This document shows positions 36,194 to 41,069 of a stretch of DNA of 41,069 nt, piece after piece. Location: positions 1 through 41,069 of IMG/VR virus record IMGVR_UViG_2737471864_000010, one strand, 5' to 3'. The position numbers and the translations under genes were made by a program. The first letter of the stretch is position 1. Each line of letters begins with the position of its first letter. The notes below the pieces were generated by a model. The model ran no database searches. It had not been told where the DNA came from and worked only from the letters and a program-made list of their open reading frames with translations. This DNA is from a virus (Duplodnaviria > Heunggongvirae > Uroviricota > Caudoviricetes).

Positions 36194-36394
36194 ATGACTA
36201 CGACTATTGATAAGAATCAATGGTGTGGACAATTCAAACGATGCAATGGATGCAAGCTGCAATCGGAATGCATGGTTAAGCCTGAAGAAATGTTTCCTGT
36301 AATGGAAGATGGGAAATATGTCGATAAATGGGCAATACGAACGACGGCAATGATTGCCAGAGAACTTGGTAAACAGAATAACAAGGCTGCCTGA
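36194..36394 (+). CDS. ral: Ral-like restriction-alleviation protein
   Basis: 66 aa MTTTIDKNQWCGQFKRCNGCKLQSECMV…, at the position lambda carries ral; identity is from memory and not verified. Confidence 0.5.
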   Translation: MTTTIDKNQWCGQFKRCNGCKLQSECMVKPEEMFPVMEDGKYVDKWAIRTTAMIARELGKQNNKAA

Positions 36395-36528
36395 TGGTAG
36401 CCTTTATTTTTGGCATAAACAACAGAATAAACACTGCACTGTGTATTCATTCCAACGAGTGAATACACGGAGCAATGTCGCTCGTAACTAAACAGGAGCC
36501 GACTTGTTCTGATTATTGGAAATCTTCT

Positions 36529-36558
36529 TTGCCCTCTAATGTGAGGGCAATTTTTTTG
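36529..36558 (+). terminator. Intrinsic terminator within the early-left operon (tL2-like)
   Basis: TTGCCCTC-TAATGTG-GAGGGCAA followed by TTTTTTT, 12 bp before the next gene's ribosome-binding site. Confidence 0.8.
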
Positions 36559-36569
36559 ACGGAGGAATT

Positions 36570-36986
36570 ATGGAAATTACAGATATTCTGGTTAATCCAG
36601 ATAATTACGACCAATTCAATATCTCTACTCAATCAGTTGATTTGGGATGTGCAACTGTCAGCGCATGGCTACTTAATGGTAAACAGTTGGATAAATGCCT
36701 TGATGCACATATGACGGTTAACAACTTCCTTGCAGAAAAAACACACTGGCAAGATGCTGGAGGGAAATATGCTGGATGGCTTGAAAGCATGGGGTTTGAA
36801 TATCAATCTGATGAAGGTTGGTGGAGCCTTATAGCTGTAACGCCTGAGACAATAGAATGCTTCGTTAAATACTCAAACGACGATGACTATAAAAACCAGG
36901 TAGATTCTGCGATAGAAAGATATAAAAGAAAATCATTCAGCCACGAAATATCATCAGTTCTTGATTTCATAGAAGTCTTCAAATAA
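36570..36986 (+). CDS. Hypothetical early protein
   Basis: 138-aa acidic ORF with a GGAGG site; no family recognised. Confidence 0.45.
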   Translation: MEITDILVNPDNYDQFNISTQSVDLGCATVSAWLLNGKQLDKCLDAHMTVNNFLAEKTHWQDAGGKYAGWLESMGFEYQSDEGWWSLIAVTPETIECFVKYSNDDDYKNQVDSAIERYKRKSFSHEISSVLDFIEVFK

Positions 36987-37069
36987 GCCGCCAAGCGCGG
37001 CTTTACCGCATACCAATAACGCTTCACTCGAGGCGTTTTCGTTATGCAATCAAACAGAAGGAGCATCCT

Positions 37070-37240
37070 ATGCAACAGTTCGCTATTGCAGGGGCGGCAT
37101 CGGTTCGCCCTTTCAACCCGATTTTATCGGTACAGCATTCACGAAAAAATATTTTAACCGGAGCAGACTTTAAACAACCAAGAATGAAAAGTTTGCTCGA
37201 AAAGCTTTGGGATATTTTGAAACAACAAGGCCGTCCATGA
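37070..37240 (+). CDS. cIII: CIII-like protein (below track cutoff; frame and start uncertain)
   Basis: Hand-read C-terminal portion …AIAGAASVRPFNPILSV…SLLEKLWDILKQQGRP resembles lambda CIII; my reading of the 5' end disagreed with the track frame by one base. Confidence 0.4.
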   Translation: MQQFAIAGAASVRPFNPILSVQHSRKNILTGADFKQPRMKSLLEKLWDILKQQGRP

Positions 37241-37407
37241 GTTTTACCAATAACTGGTCAGACGAAGAATTCATTCGTCAGATGAAAGATTTAATCGGTA
37301 ACGAAGGAGATATTCATGTCACTTGCAACCACAGTGAAGGAGAGCAAGTTACAGAGACGCATGTACACGCAGCAGGCGTTAATGTATCGCCAGAAGGGAG
37401 ATCGTGA
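37237..37407 (+). CDS. Small hypothetical early protein
   Basis: Track ORF 37207..37407 (TTG start) trimmed to the ATG that overlaps the preceding stop; 56 aa. Confidence 0.35.
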   Translation: MSFTNNWSDEEFIRQMKDLIGNEGDIHVTCNHSEGEQVTETHVHAAGVNVSPEGRS

Positions 37408-37496
37408 AGGTGTTCGCGTCTTTTTAAATGCGGCAAAGACCGAAGTATTAAATCAGCGTTATTTCCTTGGTCCATGTCCATTCTGAGAACAATCAT

Positions 37497-38102
37497 ATGA
37501 GCAAAGAATTTTACGCAAGACTGGCAGCTATTCAGGAAAATCTGAACGCGCCCAAGAATCAGTACAACTCATTCGGTAAATATAAATACAGAAGCTGCGA
37601 AGACATTCTTGAAGGCGTTAAGCCGTTACTGAATGGTCTGTTTTTATCAATCAGCGATGAAGTTGTGTTGATTGGTGATCGGTATTACGTGAAAGCCACG
37701 GCAACTATTACCGATGGCGAAAACAGTCATACGGCAACCGCTCTTGCACGAGAGGAAGAAAGCAAGAAAGGAATGGATTCTGCACAAGTTACGGGAGCTA
37801 CAAGCTCTTATGCACGCAAGTATTGCCTCAATGGTTTGTTCGGCATTGATGATGCGAAAGATGCAGATACAGACGAGCATAAACATCAGCAGAACGCAGC
37901 AGCAAAGCAATCAAAACCATCACCTACACCTGAACAGGTTCTAAAAGCATTCACTGACGCAGCATTGCAGAAAAACACCGTAGAAGAGCTTAAACAGGCG
38001 TTCGCCAAAGCGTGGAAGATGCTCGAAGGCACACCGGAGCAGCACAAAGCGCAGGACGTTTACAACATCAGACGAGACGAATTAGAAGGAGCGGCTGCTT
38101 AA
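37497..38102 (+). CDS. erf: ERF-family single-strand annealing protein
   Basis: Track ORF trimmed to ATG; MSKEFYARLAAIQENLNAPKNQYNSFGKYKYRSCEDILEGVKPLL… closely matches P22 Erf as recalled. Confidence 0.85.
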   Translation: MSKEFYARLAAIQENLNAPKNQYNSFGKYKYRSCEDILEGVKPLLNGLFLSISDEVVLIGDRYYVKATATITDGENSHTATALAREEESKKGMDSAQVTGATSSYARKYCLNGLFGIDDAKDADTDEHKHQQNAAAKQSKPSPTPEQVLKAFTDAALQKNTVEELKQAFAKAWKMLEGTPEQHKAQDVYNIRRDELEGAAA

Positions 38103-38485
38103 TGGCACATTCGATTACTGTAAGACTAAACAAGCCCGCAAGAGAGTTTCAGGCCGGGGAAAATATCGGATTCAACATCCGTGCTGGCGTTCAGTATTAC
38201 GATCGCCAGACAAAAAAGAAAGAATGGACAAACTACAGCGCCGTTGTATTTGCCAAGCCTGGAGCGCAAGCGGATTACTACCGTAGTGTTCTTGTTGAAG
38301 GTGGCATTGTGGAAATTACCGGAGAAAACATCAGGGTTGATGTTTATCAGGGGCAAAATGGTCAATCAATCACTCTTGAATTACTGAATGCAAAGATTGG
38401 ATTTGCAACTTCAGGAAACAGCCAACAGCAACAAAGTAGCAATCATCAAAATCATCCTGAATACGACGATTCAATTCCCTTCTAA
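38102..38485 (+). CDS. Phage single-stranded-DNA-binding protein (OB-fold, acidic C-terminal tail)
   Basis: Track ORF 38012..38485 trimmed to the ATG overlapping the erf stop; 127 aa ending …EYDDSIPF, which mimics the SSB C-terminal DDDIPF tail. Confidence 0.6.
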   Translation: MAHSITVRLNKPAREFQAGENIGFNIRAGVQYYDRQTKKKEWTNYSAVVFAKPGAQADYYRSVLVEGGIVEITGENIRVDVYQGQNGQSITLELLNAKIGFATSGNSQQQQSSNHQNHPEYDDSIPF

Positions 38486-38508
38486 ATTAGCAACATAAGG
38501 ATTCCATT

Positions 38509-38805
38509 ATGCCAGCGCCTCTGTATGGTGCGGATGACCCGCGCCGCTGTTCCGGCAATTCCGTATCGGAGGTGCTGGATAAATTCAGAAAAAACTACGA
38601 TCGAATAATGTCTCTACAACAGGAAACGAAAGAGGAAAAGGAATTTCGCCACTGTATATGGCTTGCAGAGAAAGAAGAACGAGAGCGAATTTACCAGACA
38701 TCAATCCGACCATTCCGCAAAGCCACATATACCCACTTCCCTGAATATATCGACCCGCGCCTGCGTAATTACCGCTCACGCTATGGCGCTATCAGTAATG
38801 ACTGA
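38509..38805 (+). CDS. Hypothetical early protein
   Basis: 98-aa ORF; no family recognised. Confidence 0.45.
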   Translation: MPAPLYGADDPRRCSGNSVSEVLDKFRKNYDRIMSLQQETKEEKEFRHCIWLAEKEERERIYQTSIRPFRKATYTHFPEYIDPRLRNYRSRYGAISND

Positions 38806-38815
38806 GGAATTAACA

Positions 38816-39106
38816 ATGAAAACAATGAAGCTAAACATCGACCTCGGAAAATACGTTATTACCGGAACCAAACACGATCTGATTCTTAGCGAAAGAGGAA
38901 TTATCAAAGAAGGCGAGAATGCAGGGAAAGAAACACTAAGCCGTATCGGTTATTACAGCAAGTTTGAGCATCTGGTTAAAGAGTTATGCAACCGTGAAAT
39001 TCTGTTATCTCAGGCACGGACGCTACAGGATATTCAGCAGCATATCGAAGCTTTAGGTATGTCACTTAGCATGGCTATTGACCAGTTCGTGGAGAGTAAA
39101 TCATGA
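38816..39106 (+). CDS. Hypothetical early protein
   Basis: Track ORF 38663..39106 trimmed to [13 protein letters not shown]… which follows a GAGGAA site; 96 aa. Confidence 0.45.
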   Translation: MKTMKLNIDLGKYVITGTKHDLILSERGIIKEGENAGKETLSRIGYYSKFEHLVKELCNREILLSQARTLQDIQQHIEALGMSLSMAIDQFVESKS

Positions 39107-39266
39107 GAGGACTTGCATACAATCCCGGCATTCTTCCGGCAGAAATGATTATTCGCCAACGCGTAAAGCCAATGCCATCGAGAGAGGAATTGCTTAAGAG
39201 AAATAGTTTCGGTTCTGTTAATGACAACAAATATCTGAATGCGATGTGGCGCAAAGGAGGCAACCA

Positions 39267-39812
39267 GTGAGTGTAACGGTTGAAAAGATTGATGTGTTGT
39301 CATTCGTTATAACCGGTGCAGAGCGACTAGATCCGGTTCGAGTGATGATTGAAAACTACGAACCTGGTAAGGGAAGAATCACCATCACCTGCTACGGAAA
39401 AGCGTGGACTGCGGCTTGGTTTGCTATGGGCGGTGATGATGTGCAGACGTTCATTAAGCGGGTCAGCAACGAGTATCTAATCGGCTATTTCGACCCTCAA
39501 CTGCGAAGCACGGTCGACGATGACAACGATGCAAATCTGCTTTTCGTGAAGTCAGAAATCATAAAATTACGAAGAGAGAGAGAAATCGACGCGGTACAGG
39601 CTCGCGAAATGTGGGACGAGGCGGAAAACGCCGATGACGTAAAAGAAAGCTGCTGTTGTTTCGGCGTCGGTAACAAACTGCTGAATCTCTTTGGTGATGA
39701 TCCATGGTATGCCGACTGGCCAAAGGCACCAAACCCGAAATACCAGTATCTGGAACGCGTACTTAATGCAGTGAGAGACGGTCTTAAGCAAATAGAGAAG
39801 GTGGAACCATGA
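39267..39812 (+). CDS. Hypothetical early protein
   Basis: Track ORF 39246..39812 trimmed to the GTG preceded by AAAGGAGG; 181 aa, acidic. Confidence 0.5.
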   Translation: MSVTVEKIDVLSFVITGAERLDPVRVMIENYEPGKGRITITCYGKAWTAAWFAMGGDDVQTFIKRVSNEYLIGYFDPQLRSTVDDDNDANLLFVKSEIIKLRREREIDAVQAREMWDEAENADDVKESCCCFGVGNKLLNLFGDDPWYADWPKAPNPKYQYLERVLNAVRDGLKQIEKVEP

Positions 39813-39864
39813 CTGTATGTCTTATTGATAAACGTCGACGTGGGCAACAATACCATCTGTTGGA

Positions 39865-40107
39865 ATGCCGAATCACACATGGTTTTGCGTACTTGATATC
39901 GATGGTATGGATGCGTTGGTTGAAACTCGTCATTACTGCGATACCGCAACAGCTACTCCGGCGAAAGCAAAGAAAATGGCTGCTCTGATAGAAAACTGGA
40001 CTCCACCTGATGGTTGGTGCAATGGGAATGATCGAGATTGGCATGAAAAAATGAAGGGCTATATCTGCGATTTCTTACGTAAATGCAACGGCTTCAGGGT
40101 GATGTGA
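39865..40107 (+). CDS. Hypothetical early protein
   Basis: 80-aa ORF; an alternative overlapping frame starting near 39809 exists, so start and frame are uncertain. Confidence 0.35.
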   Translation: MPNHTWFCVLDIDGMDALVETRHYCDTATATPAKAKKMAALIENWTPPDGWCNGNDRDWHEKMKGYICDFLRKCNGFRVM

Positions 40108-40108
40108 T

Positions 40109-40798
40109 ATGACCAAAATTAACTATCAGTCACTGCGTGAAGCGGCAGAAAAAGCAACGTGTGGTGAGTGGTCGCTCGAATATGGAGAAAGCCGATTTGA
40201 TGGTGATGATGCGCTAATTCATCGTGAAGTTGCTGGATATATTCCTATTTGCAGAATTGAAGGAGCGCATCCTGAAAGCGGTTTCGATGAAGATTTCCAA
40301 ATGGAACAGCAGGCCAATGCTGAATTCATCGCTGCAGCCAATCCGGCTACCGTGCTGGCACTGCTGGATGAACGGGAAAGAAACCAGCAATACATCAAAC
40401 GCCGCGACCAGGAGAACGAGGAAATTGCGCTAGCGGTAGGGAAACTGCGTGTTGAGCTGGAAGCCGCAGAGAAGCGCAACGCAAAATTACAAAGCGAGAA
40501 TGCATACATCCGCAACCGGTTCAAAGAACTGGACCTGTTAATCGGGAAAAACATTCTGGTCATGCAGGCTGCGATTATCGAATGGCAGGCAACTGGCGAC
40601 GCTAAAAGCGGACTGGCATGGATTTATAACACACTGTTTGGCCCAGGCGAATTGCCGGACGAATCTGAGAAAGATGCTCAGGCCTACTTTAATCGCAAAT
40701 ATGCACCGATTGACGAAAAGCTTATGGAGCTTCACAAGTGGTTTTGGGAACAAAGTGAAGCCGAGCGCACTGCTGGTATTCGCATCAAAGGAGAGTGA
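40109..40798 (+). CDS. Ead/Ea22-like early protein
   Basis: 229 aa; N-terminus MTKINYQSLREAAEKATCGEW and a coiled-coil central region resemble Ead/Ea22-family proteins; tentative. Confidence 0.45.
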   Translation: MTKINYQSLREAAEKATCGEWSLEYGESRFDGDDALIHREVAGYIPICRIEGAHPESGFDEDFQMEQQANAEFIAAANPATVLALLDERERNQQYIKRRDQENEEIALAVGKLRVELEAAEKRNAKLQSENAYIRNRFKELDLLIGKNILVMQAAIIEWQATGDAKSGLAWIYNTLFGPGELPDESEKDAQAYFNRKYAPIDEKLMELHKWFWEQSEAERTAGIRIKGE

Positions 40799-41000
40799 TA
40801 TGAGCAGGAATACGGGTTTGTAAAAAATAACGCTTGTGAAAATGCTGAATTTCGCGTCGTCTTCACAGCGATGCCAGAGTCTGTAGTGTCAGATGATGAC
40901 CGTACTCAAACATCGGGTTGAGTATTATCTTACTGTTTCTTTACATAAACATTGCTGATACCGTTTAGCTGAAACGACATACATTGCAAGGAGTTTATAA

Positions 41001-41069
41001 ATGAGTATCAATGAGTTAGAGTCTGAGCAAAAAGATTGGGCGTTATCAATGTGGATTTGCCCCTATATT
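41001..41069 (+). CDS. 5' fragment of a further early-operon gene, truncated by the window end
   Basis: ATG preceded by CAAGGAG; only 23 codons visible. Confidence 0.3.
   Translation, partial: MSINELESEQKDWALSMWICPYI

Larger units (their letters stand above)
1060..41069. mobile_element. Lambdoid prophage (Sf6/P22-like virion module, lambda-like Q/nin/late leader) integrated at argW; left junction (attL) inferred within the tRNA 3' end, right end beyond the window
   Basis: Continuous phage gene content from the integrase to the window end; tRNA then integrase is the usual attL arrangement for P4-like integrases. The att core itself was not identified because no second copy lies in the window. 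Confidence 0.8.

Noticed and set aside
37361-37486. 41-codon ORF overlapping the end of the 37237..37407 gene in another frame
   Set aside because: Overlaps a neighbouring ORF by about 47 nt, no clear ribosome-binding site, and my character-level reading in this interval disagreed with the ORF track by one base.
1-41069. CRISPR array, insertion sequence or transposase, and O-antigen conversion (gtr/oac) genes
   Set aside because: No regularly spaced repeat-spacer array, no transposase-like ORF with terminal inverted repeats, and no glycosyltransferase or acetyltransferase ORFs between the integrase and tailspike were seen.

Overview
The window is almost entirely one lambdoid prophage integrated at tRNA-Arg(CCU) argW, with the chromosomal FNT-family transporter gene yfdC at the left edge; the right prophage end (attR) lies beyond the window. 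Left to right: yfdC, argW, a P4-like tyrosine integrase (IntS-like), then on the minus strand a chimeric tailspike, a P22-like immI region (ant, arc, two mnt-like genes), the ejection proteins gp16/gp20/gp7, gp14, tail needle gp26, gp10, gp4, coat, scaffold, portal and terminase (Sf6/P22-like order), a pinholin/SAR-endolysin/Rz/Rz1 lysis cassette, a Q protein and late leader that I recognise from memory as lambda-like, a nin region with rusA, a replication module (O-like initiator with internal iterons plus a primase-helicase), and cII and cro. Divergent from cro on the plus strand are cI and an early-left operon with a candidate N-like gene, ral-like and cIII-like genes, erf and ssb. The observations I rate most worth follow-up are: (1) a two-gene cassette of a DUF4065/Panacea-domain protein plus an unrecognised downstream partner, a candidate toxin-antitoxin or anti-phage module at the sieA hotspot; (2) three paralogous HNH-AP2 homing-endonuclease genes, one sitting inside the pR'-tR' late leader; (3) a roughly 470-bp structured non-coding segment between tR' and the holin; (4) a tailspike joining a P22-type head-binding domain to an SGNH-esterase domain; (5) an in-frame RusA-NinH fusion. 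All family assignments are from reading the translations and from memory, with no database search. Coordinates not taken from the ORF track are hand-counted and may be off by a few bases; in at least two places my character-level reading disagreed with the track by one base.
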